A stretch of DNA of 64,000 bases from Takakia lepidozioides (GCA_030704615.1 CM060731.1:21328001-21392000), one strand, 5' to 3'. Counted from the stretch's first letter, positions 26,001 through 37,030 are shown. Numbers and translations are program-made. The notes: a model not told the origin generated them from the sequence alone.

Positions 26001-29000
26001 ATCCCTGAAAGTCTCACTTATAGCCACATCTTGGGACTGAAATCATAAACACACAACACCAAAACCAAACTACAAATCAACGACATACCCGGCTTTTGAA
26101 AATGGGAAAACGAGGAAATTGTGGGAGAGCAAACATCTTAGGGGAGAGATTGAGAGACCGTTGCCACAAAACCAATGGAAAATGCTCTTTGTTATCATCC
26201 ATACAATGGTTCACCTGAGCAAGAATGCCGGCATGGGTGTGAACAACACCTTTTGGTTTTCCCGTGGTCCCACTGGTATATATAATCAGTGCTGGCTTTT
26301 CCCCTGTACAACCACATGTCAAAACACAAAAGAGATTCACTAAAAAGCCTGGTTACCTGATCCTACTTCCTTGATTTACTTTTATGCTTATCCCACCTTG
26401 TCCAAAGAATCCAGCTTACACAGCTGAACCAAAAATCAGTACAGTAGTCATATTGTTCCCACCTCAACAACACCTAAAGCCCCCTTGCAGCCCATTGACA
26501 GACCACAGGCAGGTTCACACATTCAGAGATTTCTCCATAAAACCTAAATATTCCCAAAAATTCCCAACATATGCATGGAGATAGCTGACAATAATTCCAT
26601 CTTAAATTTGCATAAAGACATTTACATCACACTGTACATTCCAAGCTATTCCATCCAACAACAACAATGCTTGGTTTGTACTTTGTACCTTCAAGAGAAG
26701 TTGAAATTCTTTCAACTTCTGTTAGGAGTTGTTCAAAAGGAACGGCATCCCCTGTCTCTTCCTCCTCAGAGTGTATCCCAAGGCTGGCAACAGATGGGAG
26801 AAGACAAAATTTGGCACTGCACTTTTGAGCTACTCCTTCCAGCAGTCCTCGGTACTCCTCGGTAGCAACGACAATAGAAATGTCCTGCATGGCCATTTCC
26901 CAAGCATGCTTAGAGCACCACCTCCATTGGACAGAAGAAAGGAGCCCCAAAGTTCCAAACTTCTTGGTACTTTGCTAGTCCCTCCACAAATGGGCAAGAT
27001 ATGTACACAATATTCACAAATGCATTCACAGTTGAAGAGATGAGATTTGCAGACAGCACTAGAAGCAGCCTGCCAACTGGTGCAAGGCCACTGTCCGTCA
27101 CTTCAGTCCAGTCATCCAATTGACATATGGGGATAGAAAGGATGACAAACTCAGAGAGAATGTACTCATTGAACAGAGCATATTCCCACCGGGTACTGGT
27201 CTTCCTATGGCCGCTTGTTGGTTTGAACCTATCCAAGTTTAAGACAGTTGCTACGGGGCGCTCACACAGCCAATGACAACTGGGTTGTAGGGAACTGACT
27301 GTTGTTTTTTGTACTGGCATGAACATCAGACCAAATTTTTTGAGGTTGATCCCAGAACTGAGCTTTAGTCCTCTAGCTGACATCAGGTGTGACAGATGTG
27401 GGTTTGGACTCCCTGCCACAGTATTGAATAAAATGGGAGCAGAGACCAAAACACACAAGGAAAAATATGACCTTTATAACTTTCACTGGAAACCCAAAGA
27501 GAATGTACACATAAGATGTTGTTTGCCCTAGCCTTGTGGCCATAGACCCTGCGCACAGTTTGGGCGGAGCAAGAGGGAAAATGGACTACCTTTCACTGGA
27601 AGCCCAAAGAGACACAGAGAGATCAACATGAGAAAAAAATAAACTTTACGAGGTCCGCAGGGTTTATGCAACCAGAGAGAGAAAAAATATATCCTCATTA
27701 TTCATCCCTGGGAGGGGACGAGGTCTTCACCTGTGGCTGTAGCAGGAGAGGGACGGAGAGGAAGAGAAAGAGAGGGAGGATGAGGGCAGGACCATACCGC
27801 ATCAGTAAGAACATGCAAGAGTTCAGCTTCGGGGTAGCTGAGAGCCAAGGGCACCGCCACAGCCCCACTCAGCCAAGCTGCCCACATACCCGCCACAAAC
27901 TCTGCACACGGCTTGGCCATAATGCCCACACGCGCCCCTCCCAAGCCTTCCGCATCCCTCAGTCTTTTTGTCACTGCAATTGTATCACCGCTTCCGTGCC
28001 TCTCTTTTGCAATCTGCTCCGAGCCACGAGAGACATCATCTACATATTTCAACTACATCTTTGGCAACATAATTTGTCAAGTAACGATCAATGGCCGATC
28101 ATTACTCAAAGTCAGCAGCAATTTGTCTCATTTGTCCCGCACACACAGAGAAAGAATTCAAAGCGAGCAATTCACATGCTGATATCCCCGTGACTCCTTG
28201 AGAACAGTTTTGCCACTCGGAGTAATGCGTCGATTCCTTACGTCTACAATTTCTTGAAGACTGACGATAACAATCTGATATGGATCACTTTTGTTCTTTA
28301 CTTGGTGGGAATTTTCGCACACATCGTTGTAACTCGGGTCTATGATCCCATCTGGGGATTCACAGTTTCTTCACGATAGACATCAACTCTACTGGATTAT
28401 TATAGCTTACCTCATTCATGCTTTGCTGAATAAAATACCTAGGACAACAGAGCAGATATATGTGCAGCACTCAACACTCCTCGTGCATTTACGGTTGTGA
28501 GGGGTAACCTTAGAATCTTCCAACCCTTCTGTACTGCGCCCATTGGCTGTGACGGGCCCAACAATGGTTGGGATGACCCTGCCAGTGCCATGCAGAGATT
28601 GCAAGTGTGAAGATAGCTCAAATGCTGAGCGCAGCAGCTGGCCGTAGCTGTGGTGTTTCTGTTCCGCAGAAATGGCTATGGCTCTCTGAGCTCCCGCCGT
28701 GCCCAGCTTTATTGCCACCTTGATCACTTCCATGGCTCTGCTTTCCTCGTCTGTAATCATGCCAATTGACGGAACCTATATAAGAAAAGGAGCTCATGGG
28801 CTTGCATGAGTGGAAGAGAGGGAGGAGAGAGGGGAGGGGACTACAATAAGCAAAATAAAATTCATTACCACAAGCTCCAGCAGACGGGGCCTGCACATGC
28901 ACAGCAAAGGCCCTTGAGATTCTGAATGGAGCAAGCGAACCCAACACTCGTCTCCCTTGGCAAGCTTTCAGTCTCCATTGAAAAGCTTGGCTGAGGGAGG

Positions 29001-29247
29001 ACGCGGGGCGCAAAGTGTGCATCGCCACCTGCCACGTCGGAGAAGCGAGAGAACCCACCACCACCAACCCTCCGCTACAGTTGCCTCCACGCTGTCCCCA
29101 CTTCTGCCAGTGACGACAGTGCTTGCGAACTGGATCTGCAGTAAATGGTACGTACTGGTGTTGGAGCTCCACATACTTTTGTGACACTAAAAAGCGCATG
29201 TCAGGAGCGAGAGACGGTCTTGCCCATCCGACTCGACATGTTTGCAT
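20047..29247 (-). CDS. AAE13: Malonate--CoA ligase / acyl-activating enzyme 13, multi-exon; start at 29247, 29199 or 29022, with an internal Met at 28733
   Basis: [46 protein letters not shown]-binding [66 protein letters not shown] and LPRNAMGK|VNKKEL. The last exon is 20100-20047. Confidence 0.92.
20170..21336 (-). mobile_element. 5'-truncated non-LTR retrotransposon (RTE/RTE-X-like LINE, family B) in the last AAE13 intron
   Basis: Post-RT motifs [28 protein letters not shown] and WWGQLQHM...RYPKLI, then [10 protein letters not shown] and a frameshifted C-terminal Cys/His region. A 13-bp TSD ACATCGAGTGATA lies at 20157-20169 and 21337-21349. Confidence 0.88.
27480..27612 (-). mobile_element. 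87-bp family-B LINE 3' insertion with a 23-bp TSD
   Basis: ctttcactggaa(a/g)cccaaagaga at 27480-27502 and 27590-27612 flanks atgtacacataagatgttgtttgccctagccttgtggccatagacc. Confidence 0.8.
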
Positions 29248-29528
29248 GTCTACCTCGTATCCTTCTATCGATCTTTTTCTGAAGTAAATCGAGAATTTCT
29301 CTAGTGATGATGCAGCGCTGAATTAGATCAACAGTGACAGGGAGGCTTCTTTCTTTGAATGACAGCCAGCTCGAACTGCGCCTTCTAGCAATTGATTCCC
29401 ATAAGTGCATTCTTGCGTGTCGTACGATATTGGAATCGAGTATCACTGTTTGTATGTACGTTCTTTCTTTGTGAGTACTTTCGCTGGCAGTTACTACAGT
29501 CTATACTAGATGACATTCGCTTCAAATC

Positions 29529-29827
29529 CAGCGAGGCTGTCTCTCATTGTCTGGCTCTAGCATTTTTTCGCCTCGATTGGCATGGATATCCTCCATTATA
29601 CAGAGCTCTGCAAGTCCTAGGAGTTCATTTTGATACTTGCATATGGGATCTGCCAACAAGACATGGCTGGTGGTGGCTCAGCGAGGCTGTCTCTCATTGT
29701 CTGGCTCTGGCATTTTTTCGCCTCGATTGGCATGGAAATCTTCCATTATACAAAGCTCTGCAAGTCCTAGGAGTTCATTTTGATACTTGCATATGAGATC
29801 TGCACACAAGACATGGCTGGTGGTGGC
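29529..29827. repeat. Tandem direct duplication, 150-bp period, two copies
   Basis: cagcgaggctgtctctcattg...acaagacatggctggtggtggc at 29529-29677 and 29679-29827, with few mismatches. Confidence 0.92.
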
Positions 29828-30334
29828 ACCTTGCAAACCACTGTGCACAGAAGGATTCCAAATTCCAAACAATTCGTGGAACAAAATTCTCAAGGTACTC
29901 GAGGGTATCTTTGCATTAAAATCGGAGTACATGAAGGAAGCAGAATGTAATAGGTAAGCCAGTCTAGAATGAAATGCATTGAGCTTCTAGTCAGTCAAAT
30001 CTGTTTTATCTGCCGGATGCCTTTCAATAGCGTCAGTGAAGAGCCTCAAACTGCTCTCAATCTGAGTTTCGTCACAGCAAAACCCCTAACGCTCACGAAG
30101 AATAATAGCTTTGGCTTTGGAAGACTCAGTGGCAATCGCCCCGGCTTACAGGATATGTTCATCAAATGTCGCCATTGGGAAGAAGTTATTGCAGGACAGT
30201 TTGAAGTAAACGGAACAACAAAAGAGTATAATGCCCAACGCAATTTGGGAGTCTTCAAAACCTCATGATCAAGGTGGTGTTCAAGAACACCATGAGATGA
30301 GATAGCAGTGTAGTGGTAGTGCCGAAAAAGTGCA

Positions 30335-30999
30335 TTAGGCACTCGTGAATTTGGTGACAGCTTTGGTCCCTTCTGACACAGCGTGCTTGGCAAGTTCCCC
30401 AGGCAAGATCAGACGAACAGCTGTTTGAATCTCCCTTGATGTGATAGTGGGTTTCTTGTTGTAACGAGCAAGACGAGCCGCCTCCTGAGCCAGCTTCTCA
30501 AAAATATCATTGATAAACGAGTTCATGATACCCATCGCTTTGGACGAAATCCCAGTGTCAGGATGCACCTGTCGATTAACAAAAAAAGACAGAACCCGTC
30601 TCTTCAGTCCACACTCGACACGAAAGCCTCAACAAGATGCACAAACCAGGTCGGAAACACCAAACAACCAAACAGAAACTTCCAGAGAGGTGCAAGCACG
30701 GAGAAGAAACAGACAACGAGATCAACAACTAGCAGAAACAGAACAATCACTTCTCTACCAACAGATCGAAGATAGCTCATACACCACAGCTGCAAGAGTC
30801 ATGACAAGGACAGAACAGAGATGATATCAACCTGCTTCAGCACTTTGTAAATGTAGATCTTGTAGGTTTCCATGCTCTTCTTCACCTTCTTCTTCTTTCC
30901 GCCCTCCTTCACGGGCTTCTTCTCGGCCTTGGACTTGGTAGCCGGCTTCTTCTCGGCCTTAGACTTCCCTGCCTTCTGCTCACCATCCTTGGGCGCCAT
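30335..30999 (-). CDS. H2B: Histone H2B with one phase-0 intron (30831-30569); exons 30999-30832, 30568-30335
   Basis: MAPK...AEKKP...[13 protein letters not shown]|[77 protein letters not shown]. Junctions cag|gttgat and gacag|gtg. Confidence 0.96.
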
Positions 31000-31138
31000 A
31001 GCAAACTACCTCAAGCGTACACGAACAAAAAACCGCAAACCCACAAATCCACAAACACACAGAGACCTCTCCGAGCTTCAAACACAACGCAGAGACGATA
31101 GAAGTAAGAACTGGATCCGAAGAGTGGAGAGCTCGCGC

Positions 31139-31345
31139 TTTTATGGCGATGGCGGATGGCAAGAGGAGGGAAGAGTCTTCCAAACCCAAGAGTCTCGGTA
31201 CAGTTGACCTGACACATCTCAGCCGTTGAGGCTACACTAACGGACGGTACACAGAAAGCCCTTGGCACCAATGAGGGCGCTCCATTTCATTCTCGCGGAT
31301 CGAGTTACAACGGCCATATCTGGACCGTTCAAACCAGATCGACGG
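31139..31345 (-). promoter_or_regulatory. Plant histone promoter: octamer CGCGGATC, nonamer AGATCGACG, CCAAT box and several AACGG cores
   Basis: CGCGGATC at 31294-31301, AGATCGACG at 31336-31344, CCAAT at 31268-31272, AACGG/CCGTT near 31223, 31239, 31309 and 31324, and a TATA-like CATAAAA on the minus strand near 31139-31145. Confidence 0.75.
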
Positions 31346-31498
31346 CTACAGATCCCACACCTGTCATTAGTGATATATCCTCAGTAAGTCCAACTTACTA
31401 TTCTAACTAAGCTAAGATTAGTGGGTCCTCAATTGCAGAAATTGTCTGCCTGGATGGGAAGAAAGAGACTCTTGCAGGCAGGGATGGTCCTTGTATCA

Positions 31499-34400
31499 TC
31501 ACCAGTAATCGCCACAAGAACAAGCACCATCTTGGAAGTGGTGGAAGCGACTAGAATCACGGACAAGAAGAGCTCGTGCAGCGATCTTGGAGATGAACTT
31601 GGTGGCGGTGTGGCAGTCACCACAAACCCGCAGGTTCTTGGTGATGCGGATGGGTGTCCCAGGGGGCGTGGTAATCAGCCCAAAAGCAATGGCCAGCTTC
31701 TCACTGTGGTGGCAAAGGGATGATTCCTTTTGTTTGTCCCCCATTTTGTGTAATATGAAACGAGTGTCAGGCACATACCCAGCCTCCTTCATCTGGCCAT
31801 ACAGTATATTAAGCTCAGCATGGATATCATGGATTTGGGGGTGCAATTTGTCTTCTGCAACGAACGTGTGCACACAGTTGTCCACCTCGATGCATGAGTG
31901 CCCTGGCTCCTTTCTGACTCCTCTGTCGTGCATCATTTTCCTCACCTTTGCTGCATCGTCCCACCTGCCAGCTGCAGCATAGATGTTTGACAGCAGCACA
32001 TAGGTTGCAGCCTCCTGCGGATTCCACTTGAGAAGGTAATTTGCTGCACGTTCTGCCACCTCCACATTGCCATGAATTCTGCACGCACCAAGCAAGGCGC
32101 CCCACACCCCAGCGCCTGGTTCAATTGGCATCTCCTTGATGACATCCTCTGCCTCATCAAATTGCCCTGCACGCCCAAGAATGTCCACCATGCAGCCAAA
32201 ATGCTCGGCTGTAGGAGGGAGGCCATGGTCTTGAATCATGGATTCAAAGTAGTGATGGCCTTCATCCACAAGGCCCACATGACTACACGCATTGAGAAGA
32301 CATGTAAAGGTGACACTGTCCGGCTTCAAGCCTTCTCGTTGCATGCATCCAAATAGTTGCACGGCTTCCTTACCACAGCCATGCTGACCATATCCGGCAA
32401 TTATTGTGTTCCATGATACCACATTTCGTTGAGCCATGTTGTCGAGCACTTGCCGTGCATCCTCGATACTTCCACATTTGGCATACATGTTGACAAGGGC
32501 GTTTTCCAGGATAAGATCTGGTTCAATTCCAGCTCTCATGATATCAGCATGCACCTCTATGCCCTTTTCCAGAGCTGCCAGGCTGGCACATGCAGTGAGA
32601 GTGCTAATGAACGTCACCTTGTTGGGCATTACACCTTCCTGTATCATTTGCTCATAGGTGTCCAAAGCCTGCTGACCATAACCATGCTGACTGTATCCTG
32701 CGATCAGCGCGCTCCATGAGACCACATTTCGTTGTGCCATTCTGTCAAATACTTGACGTGCATCCTTTACGTTCCCACATTTGGCATACATGTTAACAAG
32801 AGCAGTCTCCAGAATAAGGTCTGACTCAGTTCCAGCTTTGATGATGTCAGCATGGACCTCTCTGCCCTTTTCCAGGGCTGCCAGGCTGGCACACGCATCG
32901 AGAATGGAAATAAACGTGATCTTGTCAGGGGTCATCCTATCCTGTTTCATTTGTTCATAGGTCTTCAAAGCCTCAACACCACACCCATGCTGAACATATC
33001 CAGCAATCATCACACTCCATGAAACCACATCTCGTTGAGCCATATTGTCGAACACTTGACACGCATCCTTTATGCTCCCACATTTAGCATACATGGCAAC
33101 AAGAGCAGTGTCCAGAACAATATCTGGTGCAATTCCAGCTTTTATGATGTCACCATGAACCTCAATGCCCTTTTCCAGTGCTGCTAGGCTGGCACATACA
33201 TTGAGAACACAAATCAATGCAACCTTGTCTGGTGTCACCCCTTCCTGAATCATTTGCTTGTAGGTCTCCCAAGCCTCCATACCAAACCCATGCTGATCAT
33301 ATGCCACAATCATTGTACTCCATGAGACCACATCCCGTTGGGCCATATTGTGGAAGACAAGACGTGCATCTTCTATGCTCCCACATTTGGCATACATACC
33401 AACAAGGGCAGTGTCCAGAATGACATCTGGCAGCACTCCAGCTTTCATGATGTCAGCATGAACCTTTATGCCCTTTTCCAGGTCTTCGAGACTGGCACAC
33501 GCCTTGAGAATGCAAATGAACATGACCTTGTCGGGCGTCACCCCTTCTTGTATCATCTGCTTGTAGGTTTCGAAAGCCTCCATACCAGATCCTTGCTGAG
33601 CATATCCTGCGATCATTGCACTCCATGAGACCACATCTCGCCTAGCCATACTGTCAAATACTTGACGTGCGTCCTTCATGTTCCCACATTTGGCATACAT
33701 GGCAGCAAGAATGTTTTGCAGAATTATATCTGGCACAATTCCAGCTTTAACGATGTCAGCATGGACCTCTTTCCCCTTTTCCAGGACTCTCAGGCTGGCA
33801 CACACATTGAGAATAGAGGTGAATGTGACCTTGTCTGGTGTGAAATGTTGCTGTTTCATTTGCTCATACATCTCAAAAACCTCCCTGCCACAGCCTTGTT
33901 GAGCATATCCTATGATCATAGCATTCCATGACACCACATCTCGTTGAACCATATTATTGAACACTTGAACTGCATCTTTCATGCTTCTGCACTTGGCATA
34001 CATGTCCACAAGGCAAGTTTCCAAAATAGTATCTTGCGGAATTCTAGCTTTTGTGATGTCAGCATGGACCTGTTTGCCCTTTTCCAGGACTCCTAGGCTA
34101 CCACACGCCTGGAGAATGCAAATGAATGTGACCTTGTTGGGCATCACCCCTGCCCTCTGCATTTGCTGATAAATCTCCAAAGCCTCCGTACCATACCCAT
34201 GCTTCACATATCCTGCCATCATAGTAGTCCAGGTAAACACATCTCGTTCAGGCATTTGATCAAACACTAGGCGTGCATCCACCATGCTTCCACACTTACC
34301 ATACATAGTTATGAGGGTATTCAATAGAAAGACATTTGGCTTCAAGCCACTTTGGATAATGTGGGCATGCACCTGCTTTCCGTCGGCTAGGCTTTTCAGC

Positions 34401-34735
34401 CTGATGCACTCCCGCAAAAGACAGAGAAAAGTATTGGAATCTGCCAAAATGCCTCCTTGGTTCACAATATGCAGCACCTCTGTCAGCTGTCCTGACTTCC
34501 ATAACTTGCTCACCTCCTCACAAGTGTCAGAAGAGTTCTTGCTGCCTCTCTTCCTTGGACATCTTTCAAAAGGAGTGGCCTTCGTGGGAGCGCCTGTTTT
34601 AAACAAGTGTGCCTGATTCAACCCTGACATCCTGCATGATTTAAAGCACTTCATTACACTTATTGACACTCGAATTTCAGAGTGTGGATGACCATTTGAA
34701 GGTGGCCTTGTGCACTTATCACCCTGCCATATCAT
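31499..34735 (-). CDS. Intact, intronless PLS-class PPR-E1-E2-DYW protein (organellar C-to-U editing factor)
   Basis: 1078-aa ORF with (L-S-P)x6-L-S-P2-L2-S2 (23 PPR motifs), E1/E2, PG box KEPGHSCIEV, HHSEKLA, CGDCH and a terminal CGDYW. The true start Met is uncertain. Confidence 0.95.
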   Translation of the reverse strand: MIWQGDKCTRPPSNGHPHSEIRVSISVMKCFKSCRMSGLNQAHLFKTGAPTKATPFERCPRKRGSKNSSDTCEEVSKLWKSGQLTEVLHIVNQGGILADSNTFLCLLRECIRLKSLADGKQVHAHIIQSGLKPNVFLLNTLITMYGKCGSMVDARLVFDQMPERDVFTWTTMMAGYVKHGYGTEALEIYQQMQRAGVMPNKVTFICILQACGSLGVLEKGKQVHADITKARIPQDTILETCLVDMYAKCRSMKDAVQVFNNMVQRDVVSWNAMIIGYAQQGCGREVFEMYEQMKQQHFTPDKVTFTSILNVCASLRVLEKGKEVHADIVKAGIVPDIILQNILAAMYAKCGNMKDARQVFDSMARRDVVSWSAMIAGYAQQGSGMEAFETYKQMIQEGVTPDKVMFICILKACASLEDLEKGIKVHADIMKAGVLPDVILDTALVGMYAKCGSIEDARLVFHNMAQRDVVSWSTMIVAYDQHGFGMEAWETYKQMIQEGVTPDKVALICVLNVCASLAALEKGIEVHGDIIKAGIAPDIVLDTALVAMYAKCGSIKDACQVFDNMAQRDVVSWSVMIAGYVQHGCGVEALKTYEQMKQDRMTPDKITFISILDACASLAALEKGREVHADIIKAGTESDLILETALVNMYAKCGNVKDARQVFDRMAQRNVVSWSALIAGYSQHGYGQQALDTYEQMIQEGVMPNKVTFISTLTACASLAALEKGIEVHADIMRAGIEPDLILENALVNMYAKCGSIEDARQVLDNMAQRNVVSWNTIIAGYGQHGCGKEAVQLFGCMQREGLKPDSVTFTCLLNACSHVGLVDEGHHYFESMIQDHGLPPTAEHFGCMVDILGRAGQFDEAEDVIKEMPIEPGAGVWGALLGACRIHGNVEVAERAANYLLKWNPQEAATYVLLSNIYAAAGRWDDAAKVRKMMHDRGVRKEPGHSCIEVDNCVHTFVAEDKLHPQIHDIHAELNILYGQMKEAGYVPDTRFILHKMGDKQKESSLCHHSEKLAIAFGLITTPPGTPIRITKNLRVCGDCHTATKFISKIAARALLVRDSSRFHHFQDGACSCGDYW

Positions 34736-35616
34736 GCTTGCAAAAGATATAACAAATCACACAGCAGCTGCAATACCATTGCATGAACTACCAGAAATCA
34801 CTTCTAAGAATGGTGCTCACCTTCACTGACAACAAGTTACATCATAAATTATTTGTGTAAAATTCCCCAGTCGTACAACTTGCGGCACCCTACCAACACA
34901 CGTCTTTTCCATTTTAACTAATGCAAGAGTGAATTTGGAGAGAAGTAACTATCCCCTCATTCCCAAACATAACAAATTTGGTTCTTGGGATATCAGCAAG
35001 TAGACTACTGTCTCCCTTCATGAAGTTTATTATGACATTAATTGGTAGAAAACTCCACATCTGCATAAGAGGACAGACTGGCACCCCAACCATCCCTTCC
35101 ACAGCAATCCCTGCACACTTCTGCCTTTCTGGTTCTAGCTTCAGTAATCTACCTGTGCAGATTTTGTTTACCTATTGATCCACAGTGCCTCCTTGGTACT
35201 CTTATGCTTCAGATTGGGTCCTTCAAAGCTGATCTGCACCTCCACCCCTCCTCCTTCAGCTACCTGCCTACACTAGAAAGATTTACAATATGACAAATTG
35301 GGTGGAATTCCACTGCCAGTAGTACAAAAGGGAGAGAGGCATTGACCATTGCCATGTGTCCGCTCAGGGCTAAGTTCCCACGGGATATTCCTCTCTTCAT
35401 GCCCAGTAGCACTTTCAGACCGCCAGCATATGCTATGACAGCAAGGGATTCCATAGCAGTGGCACATAGCCCATGACAATTCAGGTACAAAGAAGATGGA
35501 ATAGTATAAAGTGCGCCAGAGTGACCTAACACTGCTCCAGTGGCCCTGTAGCTTGCAACAGATGTCACACACTATGTGACAAAGTTATTGCCACTCGCAC
35601 TGTTGAAGGGCATGCA

Positions 35617-36085
35617 GTATGTACTCATAAGCCATAGCCTTGTGGTCATAGACCCTGCACCCAGTTTGGGCGGAACAAGAGGAAATAGACTCTACCTTTG
35701 TGAGGGGCTTACTCCAGTAGTGGGACTTACCTTGATATAAACAATTAGTTTGAGCTTTCCATTCCTCTAGAGAGCCCTTCACACAAGCATCAACTGATGT
35801 GTGTGAGCTGCCCAGCAATTAAACCACAACAAGGCCAAGGCTTTAGGCTCAGCCTCGAGATTTTGAAAGTTGGTGAACAGAGGTGCAGGGACTATGTTCT
35901 TCATGGTCCTGCAGAGGGTCGGGTCGTTCTGATGAGAATACCCCGGACATTGTATCAGAAAATTGATAGTGTCTTCAGGCTGCCTGTACATCAGGTATTG
36001 ACAATCTCCCTTTCCTCTCTCCTGCTGTTTATTGTTCAAAGGTAGACTCCCAGCTGTGAGTTTAAATTTCAGTTTAGTGACAGGG
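35617..36085 (-). mobile_element. Family-B LINE 3' fragment
   Basis: QPEDTINFLIQCPGYS...LEAEPKALALL followed by the 3'UTR ending tatgagtacat. Homologous to 20170-20640. Confidence 0.82.
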
Positions 36086-36109
36086 GTAGGTAGGATTGCA
36101 GAAAGAGAA

Positions 36110-36510
36110 TGTACTCAAAAGACGTTGTTGAGCGAAACACCAAGGGACAGAAACTACCCTTGTCAGGGGCTGATGCCTGTAGTATGACTTAACCTTGGAA
36201 CAGACAATTAATCCGAGTTTTCCAGATATCCTCTAGAAATCCCTTCACACAAGCATCTTGCCCAATAACTAGGCCCCAAAAGGGCCTGGGCTTTTGGCTC
36301 AGCCTCGAGACTTTCTAAGTTGGTTAACAGAGGTTCAGGCACAATTCCCTTGATGGATTTGAAGAGGGCGTCTCTCTCATGAGAGTACCCAGGACAATGA
36401 ATCAGAAAATTAAAGTTGTCTTCAGGTTGCCCACACAACGGGCAATTGCAATCCCTCTTTCCTCTCTGCATCTGTTTGCTGTTCAAAGGTAGGCTTCCCG
36501 CCCTGAGTTT
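36110..36510 (-). mobile_element. Second, adjacent family-B LINE 3' fragment
   Basis: CNCPLCGQPEDNFNFLIHCPGYSHERDALF (C-x2-C...H-C zinc motif). Possible 7-bp TSD aagagaa at 36103-36109 and 36511-36517. Confidence 0.82.
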
Positions 36511-36513
36511 AAG

Positions 36514-36563
36514 AGAAATGAAATGAAATGGTACTTTATAACATCCGCGGAAAGCTCAAAGAG
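36514..36563 (-). repeat. Family-A 3' end with (CATTT)n tail abutting the LINE fragment
   Basis: gaaatgaaatgaaatggtactttataacatccgcggaaagctcaaagag. Confidence 0.7.
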
Positions 36564-36944
36564 AGAGAGACTTCATAGTGCATAAAGGGGAGAAAGAGAA
36601 ACAGTCGACACTGTCAAAAGTATCAACAGTGCGGGATACTTTTTCAATGCATCTTGTTGTCTATTTATGCTGTAACATCACCTTATGGCCTTGATTGTCA
36701 CACCACTGACTGCGGTTTGAAAAATAGCTGGTCCAAAGCTTCTCAAGTCCTGCATTTATTTGGCTGGTTGTATTTTTGCCTGCTGACCAGTAGAAGCAAT
36801 CTGTCAAAAACAGTGAGATCCACCAGACCAAGCCAACTTAGAAAAAGCCTATGTTGATGAAACAGTGGTGTACTGTGTTCTTGCCGTGAACACCATGTGG
36901 AAACCTCAAGATGAAGGAAGATGGTTTCACCTGATCCATGTGAC

Positions 36945-37030
36945 CACGAAACCATTTGTGTTGAAGATGGCTGAATCTGCATGGGTAAATGGTGAATTGG
37001 AGAAGCTGGAAGCAGCTAGGGGTAAGATTA
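36945..37030 (+). mobile_element. Possible degenerate Ty3/gypsy pol (pre-RT) relic
   Basis: KPFVLKMAESAWVNGELEKLEAARGKI loosely resembles the PYR...E..EL..LL..G.I motif at the start of gypsy RT. Confidence 0.3.

Noticed and set aside
29529-29827. CRISPR-like array
   Set aside because: Only two long contiguous copies, no spacers, and a eukaryotic context.
31421-34616. Multiple plus-strand ORFs over the PPR gene
   Set aside because: Antisense shadows of the repetitive PPR reading frame.
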